Shown: positions 9,598 to 20,067, counted from the stretch's first letter. The stretch is 64,000 bases of DNA from an uncultured Planctomycetota bacterium (GCA_963719315.1 CAVRBU010000003.1:320001-384000), one strand, 5' to 3'. Numbers and translations are program-made. The notes: a model not told the origin generated them from the letters alone.

Positions 9598-11522
9598 TGT
9601 TTGGAACTGGTCTTGGGCGCTGACTTCTTCTCGGCCAGCGTTTTCTCGAACAGGGCCAACTGGCGTTGCATGACCTGCATGTATTCGATTTTGGCGACGG
9701 CTTGCCGCTCGAATTTCACCGCGTTTTCGTAGTCGCCGGCGGCGTAGTAGCAGCGAGCGAGCGTATCGAGATAGCTCGCCGCGCCGGAGTCGCCGTTCGT
9801 GTTGAGTTCGAGCGACCGGTGCGAATAGCGAATCGCCTTTTGGAAGTCGCCCTCGGTGTTGCTCACCAGCCACGCCCATTGGTTGTAAGGTGAAGCATCC
9901 GACGGATCCTGATCGATTTCCTGTTGGAATTGCTCGGTCAACTCCCGAACGCGCTGGCGAACCGAATCGCGCCATTTCTCGTCCGAATCGGGCAGGCGGT
10001 ACATGGTGATCAGGACATCGGCGTCGGTCGGGTCGAATTTAATCGCCAAATCGAGTTCGCCCCGGGCGCGCGTGTTGTCCTGCTCGGCCAAGAACTGTTC
10101 GGCCCGATAAAAGTGGTATCGGGCGGCGATGGCGTCCGGGTCTGGCAGCGCCAGTCGGCCGTTGTTGTATTCACGAATTTTAGCGTAGAGCTGACCAACG
10201 CGGCCTTCGCCTTGCACGGCCTTCACAAGCGGTTCCAGCGTATCGCCGGCCTCTTTGTGGCGCTCGTAGTCGTGCAGCAAGCTCGACAAGTAAATGCGGG
10301 CGAGAATCGTTTCATAGGAATCCGCGGCGTCCTTTTTGTCGATCGCCTTGCGGTATTCGCGAACGGCCCAGTCGAACTGGCCGTGCTCTTCCAAGTCCTT
10401 AGCGATGGCAAAACCTTCCAAGGTGGCCTGAGTTTGAATCTCCGCCGCCGCATTGGCGAGCTCTTCGGCTTCGGCTTTTTTGCCTTGCTTCGCCCGGGCG
10501 AGGGCCGCGTAGTACATTGGCCGCTTGCTTTGCTGAAATGCGGACTGATGTTTTACCAAGAACGAATCGAGCACTTCCCACGACTTGTTTTCCGTCAACC
10601 AGACGAGAAGGCTAACGACCGTTTCGTCCGATCGCTCGGCCGACAGTTCCAACATGCGGTCGACGACGGCAATGAGCGCGGGCTGGTCATTGACTTGGCG
10701 ATACAGGTCGGCGAGGTTCCACAGCAGCCCGATCAAAACTTCGTTCGACGTTTCGGACGTACTGCTTTCGAGGCGTTTTGATTCCTGGTCGATCAATTGC
10801 TTCCAGGCGGCGATCGAAGCGGGCGGATCGCGCAACTGGGCCAGATATTGGCGCAGCCACGTGGCGGATGCCCGCGTGCTGGGGCCAAGCTCCTTCTCGA
10901 TCGCAGTTGGCTCGATTTGAGGCCGCGTGGCCCCGGCATCCTTCGGACGAATGATGGCCAAAGCCGCCATTTGAGAAACGATCGAGGAGCGATCATATCG
11001 GGCAATGCGGCACAGGCCCGTCAGCCCACCACCCTCAGGCAGCTTGGCCAATTGCTCGACGCGCTCCAGGCGGGCGGCTTCGGCCTCTTGCCCGTATTGG
11101 CGCAAGAGGGCACGCACGGCCGGGGAATCGTCGGCTTGAACCCAGCGAACGGCGATTTGCCGGAGCAAGTAGTTCGCGCTGGCGGCTATTTCCGGATCGG
11201 CGTCTTCCGTGGCCGCGTGGAGCAAATCAAACGCTTCCGCGCCGATTTGCCGGAGCTCACCGGCGGCGGCGCGGCGAGTTGTGTATCGCGGATTGCCCAG
11301 GTCGCGGATCAGCTTTTGGATGCGTTCTTGTTGCGCTTTGGCGGATTGTGCGGAGTTCGCAGATGCGTCTTTCGAGGTCGCGGAAGCAATTGGCTTACTG
11401 GTGGCGGCAGACGATTCATCCGCTTGAACAGGGGGGAACGATTGAGCCAAATAGAGAGCAAACGCAATCATCGGAACGATGACGCGGCGACCGGCCCGGA
11501 TCAAAGATGTTTGGCCTGTCAT
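9594..11522 (-). CDS. Exported HEAT/TPR-repeat protein
   Basis: Signal peptide, helical repeats, YNQWAWLV...YLDTLARCYY TPR motif. Confidence 0.8.
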   Translation of the reverse strand: MTGQTSLIRAGRRVIVPMIAFALYLAQSFPPVQADESSAATSKPIASATSKDASANSAQSAKAQQERIQKLIRDLGNPRYTTRRAAAGELRQIGAEAFDLLHAATEDADPEIAASANYLLRQIAVRWVQADDSPAVRALLRQYGQEAEAARLERVEQLAKLPEGGGLTGLCRIARYDRSSIVSQMAALAIIRPKDAGATRPQIEPTAIEKELGPSTRASATWLRQYLAQLRDPPASIAAWKQLIDQESKRLESSTSETSNEVLIGLLWNLADLYRQVNDQPALIAVVDRMLELSAERSDETVVSLLVWLTENKSWEVLDSFLVKHQSAFQQSKRPMYYAALARAKQGKKAEAEELANAAAEIQTQATLEGFAIAKDLEEHGQFDWAVREYRKAIDKKDAADSYETILARIYLSSLLHDYERHKEAGDTLEPLVKAVQGEGRVGQLYAKIREYNNGRLALPDPDAIAARYHFYRAEQFLAEQDNTRARGELDLAIKFDPTDADVLITMYRLPDSDEKWRDSVRQRVRELTEQFQQEIDQDPSDASPYNQWAWLVSNTEGDFQKAIRYSHRSLELNTNGDSGAASYLDTLARCYYAAGDYENAVKFERQAVAKIEYMQVMQRQLALFEKTLAEKKSAPKTSSKQ

Positions 11523-11625
11523 TTGAGAATTCCCCGCTTTCGGGACACTGTTCTATTAGCATACCGCAAAAACGCGAAACTAGACAGGGGATTTGCAGCG
11601 GCAAACGATCGGTTGACCCACGATG

Positions 11626-11724
11626 CGTAGCTGAATTCGCAAGAATTCGGTCTTCGATGAGGGGGCTGAAATCTCGCGAGTCCAGCTACGAGGATATCTG
11701 CTCGCGGAACGAACGGACTACACT
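11626..11724. repeat. GTAG REP pair (family D) plus a half copy of family A
   Basis: cgtagctgaattcgc...gcgagtccagctacg followed by ctcgcggaacgaacggactacac. Confidence 0.7.
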
Positions 11725-12166
11725 AGCGGCGTTCCATTTGCTCGATGTATTGCCGCAGGCGTTCGACTTCGTCGGTCACATGGTGCAGTTTGAGCATATT
11801 ATCGACACGCTTGAGCAATTCGGCCTTGTTGACCGGCTTCGAGAGGAAATCATCGGTGCCGGCTTGCACGGCCCGCTCGATATCGCCCAACTCGTTGAGG
11901 GCCGTGACCATCAAAATCATGATGCTGCACGTGGCGGGGTCGGTCTTGAGCTTTTTGCAAACCTCGAAGCCGCTGAGCTTGGGCATCATGATATCGAGCA
12001 AAATGAGATGCGGGCGGAACGAGGCCACCTTGGCGAGCGTGTCCTGGCCGTCGACGGCGACCGACGTTTCGACATCGAGCCCGGCCAAGTAGGCCTCAAG
12101 CAGCTCGACGTTGGGCTCGTTGTCGTCGGCGATGAGGATACGACTTCTTTCTGGGCCTTTTTTCAT
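11723..12166 (-). CDS. Single-domain response regulator
   Basis: ILIADD, LLDIMMP, MVTA, FLSKP. Confidence 0.92.
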   Translation of the reverse strand: MKKGPERSRILIADDNEPNVELLEAYLAGLDVETSVAVDGQDTLAKVASFRPHLILLDIMMPKLSGFEVCKKLKTDPATCSIMILMVTALNELGDIERAVQAGTDDFLSKPVNKAELLKRVDNMLKLHHVTDEVERLRQYIEQMERR

Positions 12167-12203
12167 TGTTAGCTCGAGCGGTACGCGCGACAAACAAAAC
12201 CTT

Positions 12204-12364
12204 TACCACCAAGTCACAAAGAACACGAAGGGCACGAAGGGGAGAAGATAAGAATTCAATGAATGCACAACCAATTCACTACTCCGCATGTTGCATTGTT
12301 TCGCTAAATGCTTTGCATTTTGTATTTCTTGCCTTCCTTGGTGTCCTTAGTGTCTTCGTGGTTA
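12204..12364. repeat. Inverted 9-mer arrays (CACGAAGNN-like) around an AT-rich spacer
   Basis: accaccaagtcacaaagaacacgaagggcacgaagg ... cttggtgtccttagtgtcttcgtggtt. Confidence 0.7.
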
Positions 12365-13615
12365 TTGATCCAATGCAGCCGCGGGGACGGGGAAGTTTTG
12401 GCATAGGTCTTGAATCTCGCCACGGATGCGGTTGAGGACAGCTTCATCATCGGGCGCACGGAGCGCGGCGAGTATCCAGGCGCCGATGGTGCGCATCTGT
12501 TCGGCCTTCATACCACGGGTCGTGAGTGCGGGCGTGCCAATGCGAATGCCAGATGGATCCACCGGCTTGCGCTCATCGTACGGTATCATGTTCTTGTTGA
12601 CCGTGATGCCGCAGCGGTCGAGCGATTGCTCGGCGACCTTGCCGCCGATGCCGAGCGGCGTGACATCGACCAAGAGCAAATGATTATCGGTGCCGCCGCT
12701 GACCAGTTTAAAGCCGCCGGCCAGCAATGTTTCGGCGAGCGCTTGGGCGTTGTCGATGATTTGCCGGGCATAGATTTTGAACTCAGGCCGCAGCGCTTCG
12801 CCAAAGCAGATGGCTTTGCCGGCGATGATGTGCATCAGTGGGCCGCCTTGAATGCCGGGAAACACGCGACTGTTGATCGCTTTGCCGTATTCCTCTTTGG
12901 CGAGGCACAAGCCGGCGCGTGGTCCGCGGAGGGTTTTGTGCGTGGTGGTCGTCACGAAGTCGGAGACGGGCACGGGGTTGTTATGGAGGCCGGCGGCGAC
13001 GAGCCCAGCGTAGTGGGCCATGTCGACCATCAGCTTTGCGCCGACTCCACGGGCGATCTCGGCAAACTTCTCGTGTGGTATTTCGCGCGGATAGGCGCTG
13101 GCGCCGGCCACGATCATTTTTGGTTTGTGCTCGCGGGCCAGCGCGGCGACCTGATCGAAGTCGAGACGATTCGTGTCACGCGTCACGCCGTAGCTGATGA
13201 AATGATACAGCATCCCGCTGATGTTGAGCTTCATGCCGTGCGTGAGATGGCCACCGTGGGCCAGGTCGAGGCCGAGGACGATATCGCCCGGTTCAAGCGC
13301 TGCGAGATAGATGGCCGTGTTGGCTTGCGAACCGCTGTGGGGCTGGACGTTGGCGAACTCGGCCCCGAAGAGCTGCTTGGCCCGGTCGATGGCGAGCTGC
13401 TCGACGACATCGACGAATTCGCAGCCGCCGTAGTATCGCCGGCCGGGGTAGCCCTCGGCGTATTTGTTGGTCAACACGCTGCCGGCAGCCTGCATGACGG
13501 CTGGGCTCGTGTAGTTCTCGCTGGCGATCATTTCGAGACCATCGGCCTGGCGTTCGATCTCATTTTCGATCGCGCTCCACACGGCCGGGTCATTTTTGGC
13601 GATAAAATTGGTCAC
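12362..13615 (-). CDS. glyA: Serine hydroxymethyltransferase
   Basis: [33 protein letters not shown]; start re-called to GTG 13615. Confidence 0.97.
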   Translation of the reverse strand: MTNFIAKNDPAVWSAIENEIERQADGLEMIASENYTSPAVMQAAGSVLTNKYAEGYPGRRYYGGCEFVDVVEQLAIDRAKQLFGAEFANVQPHSGSQANTAIYLAALEPGDIVLGLDLAHGGHLTHGMKLNISGMLYHFISYGVTRDTNRLDFDQVAALAREHKPKMIVAGASAYPREIPHEKFAEIARGVGAKLMVDMAHYAGLVAAGLHNNPVPVSDFVTTTTHKTLRGPRAGLCLAKEEYGKAINSRVFPGIQGGPLMHIIAGKAICFGEALRPEFKIYARQIIDNAQALAETLLAGGFKLVSGGTDNHLLLVDVTPLGIGGKVAEQSLDRCGITVNKNMIPYDERKPVDPSGIRIGTPALTTRGMKAEQMRTIGAWILAALRAPDDEAVLNRIRGEIQDLCQNFPVPAAALDQ

Positions 13616-13666
13616 GTCGCCATTGTTCAAACGTGCAGGGGAAGTGTCAACCGCGGAGTGTACTTC

Positions 13667-13742
13667 GTAGGGTGTGTCGAGTCCGCGAGACACACCATCG
13701 CGGGCAGAATGCAGCGTGTCTCGCGGACTCGACACACCCTAC
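13667..13742. repeat. GTAG REP family B, inverted pair
   Basis: 27-nt perfect arms gtagggtgtgtcgagtccgcgagacac / gtgtctcgcggactcgacacaccctac. Confidence 0.9.
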
Positions 13743-15073
13743 AAAATTGGTTCGATCGCCACCGTTAGCGTGCCGCGGTTGTCGTCGAGGCGGCCGGCTG
13801 AATCGTTCACGCGGAGATAGAGCGTACCGCCGGTGGCCGGCTTGAGGACGGTCTGCAGGCCGACGGCTACTGGATTGGCAAACGACTGTTCGGCGTTTGG
13901 GGCCGCTTCGCCATCGGCGTAGATCGCGCCGAGCAACATGCCGAGCGGGTGGCCATCGTTGTATTCAATCGTGATGCCACCCGGTTCGCAGGACCACACT
14001 TGCGTCTTGCCTTCGATTTGCTCGGAGGCGATTTGGTAGCGGCCGACGGCAATTATTTTGTACGACTTGCCGGCTTCGAGTCGGAGGCCGGAAGATTGCC
14101 ATCCGCGGTCGGACGCTATTTCAACTTGGTGCGGTCCGATCGCTGAAGCAATCTCGCCTGGGCGGAAATCGATCGCCATGCGATCGAAGTCGTAGCCGTG
14201 GTCGAGCGTGGCGACGAAGGCCTGCCATTCGGCAGTGAGGTCGAGCCAATCTTTCTCGTAGACTTGGCGCATGAGGTCTTTGAACTTGGGGTCGAGCACA
14301 ATCTTGTAAAGCGCGCGGAAGCGATCGCGATAGCGCGGGTGCGTGTCGAGAAACTTGGCCGCGGCCCAGCACCAGGCATAGGCCTCATTGCCCATTTGCT
14401 CGCGGTTGTCGAATTGCATCACTGCTTCCAGCGTGGGCGACTTGTGTTCGGCGACCGCATCGCGAATGAGTTTGATGCGGCCGAGCATCGGCACTTCTTG
14501 TCGGCTGCGGGGCATGATTCGCAGCGTGAGTTGACCTGTTTGCTCATCGACGTGGTGCGTGCCAAACAGCTCGGCTGTGCCTTCCATGTACCAGCCCGGG
14601 CCGCAGCCGCCGAGAAACGACGCCATGAATACGTGCGTTCCTTCGTGGAGCAGGAGGTGTCGCCGATAGTAGTCCGTCGGCTGATCGTGCAGCCACAGTT
14701 CGGCGCCCATGGAGATGCCATTGACGAATTTTTCGCGGCCGGGCGGCATCAGGCCGAGAGCTTCGAACCGGCGGCGATCGCCGATAAGATACGCCCGGGC
14801 TTGCCAGTGAGCCGTTTTGGCCTCGTCCACGCCGAAGTACGCGGCCCATTGCGGCACGGCTGCATCGAAAATAGCCGGCAGACGATCGATCTCGGGGCTG
14901 CTCGGCACGTCGGTAACGAGAATGAGATGCTTGCTGATGAGCGTGCGAATGCCGTTCGCTTGGGCCTGGCGATCGTCGATCGGCCGGGGCGGTTCGGTGA
15001 GCGATTGCGCTACGGCCGATGCTGAAACGAGCAGCAGGCAAACAATCGAAATCGCCGACAATCGAGTGTGCAA
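13739..15073 (-). CDS. Exported protein with HExxH zincin motif (DUF1570-like) and C-terminal beta domain
   Basis: Signal peptide; LLHEGTH...WYMEGTAE. Confidence 0.7.
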   Translation of the reverse strand: MHTRLSAISIVCLLLVSASAVAQSLTEPPRPIDDRQAQANGIRTLISKHLILVTDVPSSPEIDRLPAIFDAAVPQWAAYFGVDEAKTAHWQARAYLIGDRRRFEALGLMPPGREKFVNGISMGAELWLHDQPTDYYRRHLLLHEGTHVFMASFLGGCGPGWYMEGTAELFGTHHVDEQTGQLTLRIMPRSRQEVPMLGRIKLIRDAVAEHKSPTLEAVMQFDNREQMGNEAYAWCWAAAKFLDTHPRYRDRFRALYKIVLDPKFKDLMRQVYEKDWLDLTAEWQAFVATLDHGYDFDRMAIDFRPGEIASAIGPHQVEIASDRGWQSSGLRLEAGKSYKIIAVGRYQIASEQIEGKTQVWSCEPGGITIEYNDGHPLGMLLGAIYADGEAAPNAEQSFANPVAVGLQTVLKPATGGTLYLRVNDSAGRLDDNRGTLTVAIEPIL

Positions 15074-15092
15074 GGTGGCCTCTTAGGCGGAG

Positions 15093-15428
15093 TCACGCAG
15101 TGGCCGCGGCAGCCAAGTCGATGACTGCCTCGCACGGCTGGGCAGGGAGAATAAAGATTTTGCCGTCACCCATTCGGCCAGTGCGGGCAACCTCCACGAT
15201 CTTGCGGGCAACATCCTCGGCCCGCGTGTCGTCCACCCAAACGGTGATTTCTACTTTCGGCAGGAAAGTGCGTGCGTACTCGGTATCGGCGTACCGCTCG
15301 AGATAACTCTTCTGCTTGCCCATGCCCTTCACCTCCGTCACGGTCAGGGCTTCGAGCGGGGCGCGACGTAGGGCGTCGAGGATTTTCTCGACGAGAAAGG
15401 GTTTGACGATGGCGATGATTTGTTTCAT
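15093..15428 (-). CDS. P-II family nitrogen regulatory protein (divergent)
   Basis: MKQIIAIVKPF, EVKGMGKQK, FLPKVEI, ARTGRMGDGKIF. Confidence 0.9.
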   Translation of the reverse strand: MKQIIAIVKPFLVEKILDALRRAPLEALTVTEVKGMGKQKSYLERYADTEYARTFLPKVEITVWVDDTRAEDVARKIVEVARTGRMGDGKIFILPAQPCEAVIDLAAAATA

Positions 15429-15434
15429 GGGAAA

Positions 15435-15521
15435 GCTGTAAGCACTTAGCTATTAGCTGTTAGCCAGAAACATACGGCGGCAAGCTTCTGGTAATAGCTA
15501 ACAGCTAACAGCTAATCGCTA
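15435..15521. repeat. Inverted heptamer arrays (TTAGCTG / CAGCTAA)
   Basis: gctattagctgttagc ... gctaacagctaacagctaatcgcta. Confidence 0.8.
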
Positions 15522-15528
15522 TCCTCCA

Positions 15529-15942
15529 TCAACTAAAGAAATTCTCGCCGAAGAGATTCAGCTCTGGACCGGTTTCAACTTCAATGTCACCCAATACTTT
15601 TACGCAGCACGCGAGCCGCATTGTGTCTTCGTTGCCTACATAAGCCATACACGGAATCGGATCGAAACCGAAAGGCGTCACCGGAGTCGGCACCGGACAC
15701 TTAAAGCGCACGCTTTCTAAGACGCCCATTGGGCTGAGGTTTTCCATTCCTTTGGTAATCGTAACGCGACACATTCCGCACTGCCCCCAACCGTGGCAAT
15801 TAGCATACTTATTGATACCCGCACCGATTCCATTAAGGCCCTGATACAGGTTTATCCCGGCGTTGATTGCCGCTTTACGAAGGTTCGTGTCCCGGGGGAC
15901 TTCAATTTCTTTGTTCTCTTTGACAAACTTGACAATCGGCAT
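15529..15942 (-). CDS. 2Fe-2S ferredoxin
   Basis: NCHGWGQCGMC...RLACC. Confidence 0.85.
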   Translation of the reverse strand: MPIVKFVKENKEIEVPRDTNLRKAAINAGINLYQGLNGIGAGINKYANCHGWGQCGMCRVTITKGMENLSPMGVLESVRFKCPVPTPVTPFGFDPIPCMAYVGNEDTMRLACCVKVLGDIEVETGPELNLFGENFFS

Positions 15943-16067
15943 ATCGATAGACCGTAATCTTTAAGGTTATTTTGAGCGAGCCGAGGCGTCCCAGCCCCCG
16001 ATACTATGTTTAGTCTAGCAAGCCGTGTAACGCGCGCAAAGCCAGTTCGGCATTTCCGGCGACTCGA

Positions 16068-16148
16068 AGAGTCGCGGCTAGAATTCGTGAGAATCGTCAC
16101 CGAGCAGAGAGTCGCGGCTAGAATTCGTGAGAATCGTCACCGAGCAGA
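16068..16148. repeat. Perfect 40-bp tandem duplication
   Basis: agagtcgcggctagaattcgtgagaatcgtcaccgagcag twice. Confidence 0.95.
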
Positions 16149-16151
16149 CCG

Positions 16152-16415
16152 ATGAATAAGAATTACTCGAAACATCAGCAAAAGATCATCAAGAATTACT
16201 ACGAGAACAAGGATGCAATCTCGCTCCAACGGCTGAGCGAGCTCGTGACCGAGTTGTACCTGGCCGAGGGCAAGGCCCGCGAGCGGCAGTGGAAATACAT
16301 TCTGCCCGTGCTGACAAAGATCGGCTTGCCGGCCGACCGAATCGAGCATCTGCGGAAGAAGGATGACCCAAGATTGCTTGCGAAGCTCGTCGAGGAACTG
16401 ATGGCGAAGCAGTGA
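16152..16415 (+). CDS. Conserved hypothetical protein
   Basis: 87 aa, YSKHQQKIIKNYYEN...LVTELYLAEG. Confidence 0.75.
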   Translation: MNKNYSKHQQKIIKNYYENKDAISLQRLSELVTELYLAEGKARERQWKYILPVLTKIGLPADRIEHLRKKDDPRLLAKLVEELMAKQ

Positions 16416-16424
16416 CGAGTGGAT

Positions 16425-16488
16425 ACGGGGGACAGGGGAAGGAACAACCAAAGAGTGTCAGTTCCCTGTTCCCTGTATCCTGTCCCCT
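16425..16488. repeat. Inverted heptamer arrays (ACAGGGG / CCCTGTT)
   Basis: gggggacaggggaaggaac ... gttccctgttccctgtatcctgtcccc. Confidence 0.65.
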
Positions 16489-16511
16489 TTCCAATGCGCT
16501 ACAATTCACGC

Positions 16512-17306
16512 ATGCGACAGTATCTCGATCTTCTGCAGCGTATCCTCGACGAGGGCGTCACGAAAGGCGACCGCACCGGCACCGGCACGCGAAGCGTGTT
16601 TGGCCACCAGATGCGGTTCGATTTGGCCGACGGCTTTCCGCTAGTGACGACGAAGAAGGTGCATCTGAAGTCGATCATCTACGAGCTGCTGTGGTTTCTG
16701 CGGGGCGAAACCAACGTTCGCTTTCTGAATGAGCACGGCGTCACGATCTGGGACGAGTGGGCCGACGAGCTGGGCGAGCTCGGACCCGTGTACGGCTACC
16801 AGTGGCGTTCGTGGCCGGGCCGCGGCGCGGAGTCGATCGATCAGATCAGCGACGTCATCGAGCAGATTCGCGCCAATCCCGACTCGCGGCGGCTGATCGT
16901 GAGCGCCTGGAACGTGGCCGACTTGCCCGCCATGGCGCTGCCGCCGTGCCACCTGCTGTTTCAGTTTTACGTGGCCGACGGAAAGTTGTCGTGCCAGATG
17001 TATCAACGCAGCGCGGATGTCTTTCTGGGGGTGCCATTTAACATCGCGTCGTACGCCCTGCTGACAATGATGGTCGCGCAAGTGACCGGTCTGGAGCCTG
17101 GAGATTTTATTCTCACGCTGGGCGACGCCCATCTGTACGAGAATCATCTGGAACAGTCCCGGCTGCAGCTCACGCGCGAGCCGCGGCCGCTCCCGACGAT
17201 GCAACTCAATCGCAGCGTAAAGTCGATTTTCGATTTTCAGTACGAGAGTTTTCAGCTTGAGAATTACCATCCGCATCCGCACATAGCGGCTCCGATCGCG
17301 GTATAA
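16512..17306 (+). CDS. thyA: Thymidylate synthase
   Basis: [36 protein letters not shown]. Confidence 0.98.
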   Translation: MRQYLDLLQRILDEGVTKGDRTGTGTRSVFGHQMRFDLADGFPLVTTKKVHLKSIIYELLWFLRGETNVRFLNEHGVTIWDEWADELGELGPVYGYQWRSWPGRGAESIDQISDVIEQIRANPDSRRLIVSAWNVADLPAMALPPCHLLFQFYVADGKLSCQMYQRSADVFLGVPFNIASYALLTMMVAQVTGLEPGDFILTLGDAHLYENHLEQSRLQLTREPRPLPTMQLNRSVKSIFDFQYESFQLENYHPHPHIAAPIAV

Positions 17307-17319
17307 GGCGGGTGGAGCG

Positions 17320-17817
17320 ATGCGAATCTCGATTATCGTGGCGGTCGCGGAGAACGGGATCATCGGCCGCGGCGGCCAATTGCCGTGGCGGCTGTCGGCC
17401 GACTTGCAGCGGTTCAAACGACTGACGATGGGCCACACGATTGTCATGGGCCGGCGGACGTGGGAATCGATCGGCCGGGCCCTGCCGGGCCGGCGAACGG
17501 TTGTCGTTACGCGACAAACTAGTTATCGCATCGGCATCGCGGACGTTGCGATCGCGACCAGTCTCGATGATGCATTACACGCTGCGGAGGCGGCCGGTGA
17601 CGTGGAAGCGTTTGTCGTTGGCGGGGCCGAGCTTTATCGAGAAGCATTGCCGCGAGCGGACCGACTGTATTTCACGCGCGTTCGTGCCGCCATCGAAGGC
17701 GATACACACTTCCCCGCGGTTCAATGGAATGCCTGGCGGCTGATTGAATCGGAAGAACACGTCGCGGACGAGAAGAACGAATACTCTTTTGATTTCGAAA
17801 TCCATGAGCGCAGTTAA
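17320..17817 (+). CDS. folA: Dihydrofolate reductase
   Basis: IGRGGQLPW, MGRRTWESI, LPGR, GGAELY, GDTHFP. Confidence 0.96.
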   Translation: MRISIIVAVAENGIIGRGGQLPWRLSADLQRFKRLTMGHTIVMGRRTWESIGRALPGRRTVVVTRQTSYRIGIADVAIATSLDDALHAAEAAGDVEAFVVGGAELYREALPRADRLYFTRVRAAIEGDTHFPAVQWNAWRLIESEEHVADEKNEYSFDFEIHERS

Positions 17818-18388
17818 ACAACGTTGCGATTGGGGCACGCGCGGCGGCGATCTGATGGCCGCTTACCACGACGAGGAATGGGGCGTGCCAGTACACGACG
17901 ATCGCAAGCAATTCGAGTTTCTTACTCTCGAGAGCGCTCAGGCCGGTTTGAGCTGGCTCGTGGTGCTGCGGAAGCGCGACGCGTATCGCCGGGCGTTCGC
18001 CGAGTTCGATCCGGAAAAAGTGGCGCGCTTCACCGAGAAGCGAATTGAGAAGCTACTGAACGACGAAGGCATCATTCGCAATCGGCTCAAGATCGCCGCT
18101 GCGATCACCAATGCCCGCCATTTCCTCGAAGTGCAGGAAGAATTCGGCACGTTCGAAAAGTACATCTGGGGCTTCGTGGATGGCCGGCCGATCCAGACCC
18201 GCATCGCTCGCATGAAAGACATCCGGGCCACGTCGAAGGAATCCGACGCACTGAGCAAAGACCTCAAGCAGCGGGGCTTCAAGTTCGTGGGCAGCACGAT
18301 CGTCTACGCCCACATGCAGGCCGTTGGCATGGTGAACGATCACATGGTGACCTGCTATCGGCATCAGGCCGTGTCGCGGTTGAGATAA
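17804..18388 (+). CDS. tag: DNA-3-methyladenine glycosylase I
   Basis: YHDEEWG, LESAQAGLSW, IIRNRLKI, GMVNDH. Confidence 0.95.
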   Translation: MSAVKQRCDWGTRGGDLMAAYHDEEWGVPVHDDRKQFEFLTLESAQAGLSWLVVLRKRDAYRRAFAEFDPEKVARFTEKRIEKLLNDEGIIRNRLKIAAAITNARHFLEVQEEFGTFEKYIWGFVDGRPIQTRIARMKDIRATSKESDALSKDLKQRGFKFVGSTIVYAHMQAVGMVNDHMVTCYRHQAVSRLR

Positions 18389-18395
18389 GCGGCGA

Positions 18396-18680
18396 TCAAC
18401 GGTTGCGAAATGTAAGACGAATCACATGCACCAGTCGGTCATCTGTCCAAACTTCATAACTCACTGAAACCAGCGCCGGCGAACTCGGAAGTGGTACCGC
18501 AATGATGCGAGCACCAAGGTCGGGGCGGGATTGTCCTTTGGATTCCGGGTCGACCGACAAATTCGCGTCTACCCAATTCGCAGCTTCCGTGAGAGTCGCC
18601 CTTAATTTCAAATCGGCGGCAACCCACGTGCGAACAAACGACGTTTCGACTTCGTTGTCCCAAACATCCGTGAAACGCAT
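18396..18680 (-). CDS. Putative RelE/ParE-like toxin
   Basis: 94 aa with RelE-like layout, ending YEVWTDDRLVHVIRL; paired with an upstream small gene. Confidence 0.55.
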   Translation of the reverse strand: MRFTDVWDNEVETSFVRTWVAADLKLRATLTEAANWVDANLSVDPESKGQSRPDLGARIIAVPLPSSPALVSVSYEVWTDDRLVHVIRLTFRNR

Positions 18681-18682
18681 CT

Positions 18683-18964
18683 TTACTGGGCTGCTTTTTC
18701 TGCGGCCAATGCTGCGTTGGCTAAAAGCTGTGCTGTGGTGACTCCACCGCGCCGTCCGAGCGCCGCCCGCACTTGTTCGATGTTCTGGTTCAGGTCAAGA
18801 TTTGCTTCCGCGTAGGTCCATGCCTCGCGGTCAGTCGGTGATAGGACAAAAGCTACAAGATTACCCTCGGCATCCCGTACTTCGACGCCGCCTTCGCTGA
18901 CCTTCTTCAGCAAGGCCCCAATCGACAAGGTCGATGTTTCGGCATTTAACACTAGTGTATTCAT
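18683..18964 (-). CDS. Putative antitoxin (Phd-like)
   Basis: VEVRDAEGNLVAFV; 2 nt upstream of the putative toxin. Confidence 0.55.
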   Translation of the reverse strand: MNTLVLNAETSTLSIGALLKKVSEGGVEVRDAEGNLVAFVLSPTDREAWTYAEANLDLNQNIEQVRAALGRRGGVTTAQLLANAALAAEKAAQ

Positions 18965-18989
18965 CGCCGTTCCTTTCAATGCTCCCACA

Positions 18990-19985
18990 CTATTCAATAC
19001 TAGCAGGACACCAGGGAAAAGTCATTATCTCGTCAATCGAGTTCACACCCACCGCCAGCATCACCAGCCGGTCGAAGCCCAGCGCTACGCCTGTGCAATC
19101 GGGCAAGCCGTGCTCGATAGCCGCCAGCAGTCGTTCTGGCATCGGCAGCGAAGGTCTGCTTTCTGCCGCGCGGGTTGCATTTACCGCTTCAAAACGTTGA
19201 CGTAACTCGGCCGCATCCGCCAATTCGTGGAAGCCGTTGGCCAATTCGATGCCGCGATAGTAGATTTCGAATCGTTCCGCAACGTCGTAACCGCGCGGCG
19301 AGCGCATCACTTTCGCCAACGACGCGTGCGATGCCGGGTAATGGTAAATGATTTCGGGTCGATCGCGGCCGAGTTGTGGTTCGATGCGGGCGGCTAATAA
19401 CAGGTTGAGCCACTCGTCGCGATTGGCGTTGGTCATGCCCGCGGGTACGGCAATTTCAGCATTGCCGGCCGCCGCGGCCAACTCCGCAACCGTCGCCAAG
19501 TGGGGCGAAAGGCCCAGCGTCCGCTGAAAGATTTCGGCATAGGTCGATCGCATCGCGGGCGGCGTGCCGAGCAGCGATTGTATTAGCGCATCAAGCAGAT
19601 CGATGCCGGCCGCCATATCGTCGCCCGTGCGATACCATTCGATGATCGTAAACTCAGGATTGTGCAACCGCCCGCGTTCGCCGGCGCGAAACGACCGCGT
19701 CACTTGAAAGATGGCCTGCATGCCTGCCGCCAAAAGGCGCTTCATGTGCAATTCGGGCGACGCTTGCAAGAACTCCCCGGTCTCGACGCGAAGCGGCTCG
19801 ATGTGGAGTTCGGGGATAATCTCGCAGGCTAAGAGCGGCGTTTCGACTTCGAGGAAATCGCGCTCATAGAAGAACTCGCGCAACTTGCGAAGGAGCGCAC
19901 TCCGCAACGCGAGCGCTGCGGGAGTCGCAGAAAAGGCAAGTTCATTTTTCGTGTTTAGAGAACGCATCAGAGATTGCTTCGACAC
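18990..19985 (-). CDS. epmA: EF-P lysine aminoacylase
   Basis: LysRS-like catalytic domain only: LQASPELHMKRLLAAG, HNPEF, ELANGFHEL, GVALGFDRL; efp and epmB nearby. Confidence 0.93.
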   Translation of the reverse strand: MSKQSLMRSLNTKNELAFSATPAALALRSALLRKLREFFYERDFLEVETPLLACEIIPELHIEPLRVETGEFLQASPELHMKRLLAAGMQAIFQVTRSFRAGERGRLHNPEFTIIEWYRTGDDMAAGIDLLDALIQSLLGTPPAMRSTYAEIFQRTLGLSPHLATVAELAAAAGNAEIAVPAGMTNANRDEWLNLLLAARIEPQLGRDRPEIIYHYPASHASLAKVMRSPRGYDVAERFEIYYRGIELANGFHELADAAELRQRFEAVNATRAAESRPSLPMPERLLAAIEHGLPDCTGVALGFDRLVMLAVGVNSIDEIMTFPWCPASIE

Positions 19986-19989
19986 TGAC

Positions 19990-20039
19990 TAGCCGCGATG
20001 CTACGCATCGCCGGGCCCTGCGATGCGTAGCATCGCGGC
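19990..20039. repeat. Family E palindrome, inverted pair
   Basis: gccgcgatgctacgcatcgc...gcgatgcgtagcatcgcggc. Confidence 0.85.
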
Positions 20040-20067
20040 AATGCACACCTTCATACTCCGAAGGTTG

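Noticed and set aside
13616..13735. N-terminal extensions in the ORF track (glyA, thyA, fmt, LysM gene, M50 gene, hydrolase)
   Set aside because: They are translated intergenic repeats or overlap neighbouring genes; downstream starts match family N-termini
16068..16148. Possible mini CRISPR array
   Set aside because: Units are contiguous with no spacer, there are no cas genes, and the other repeats are dispersed rather than arrayed
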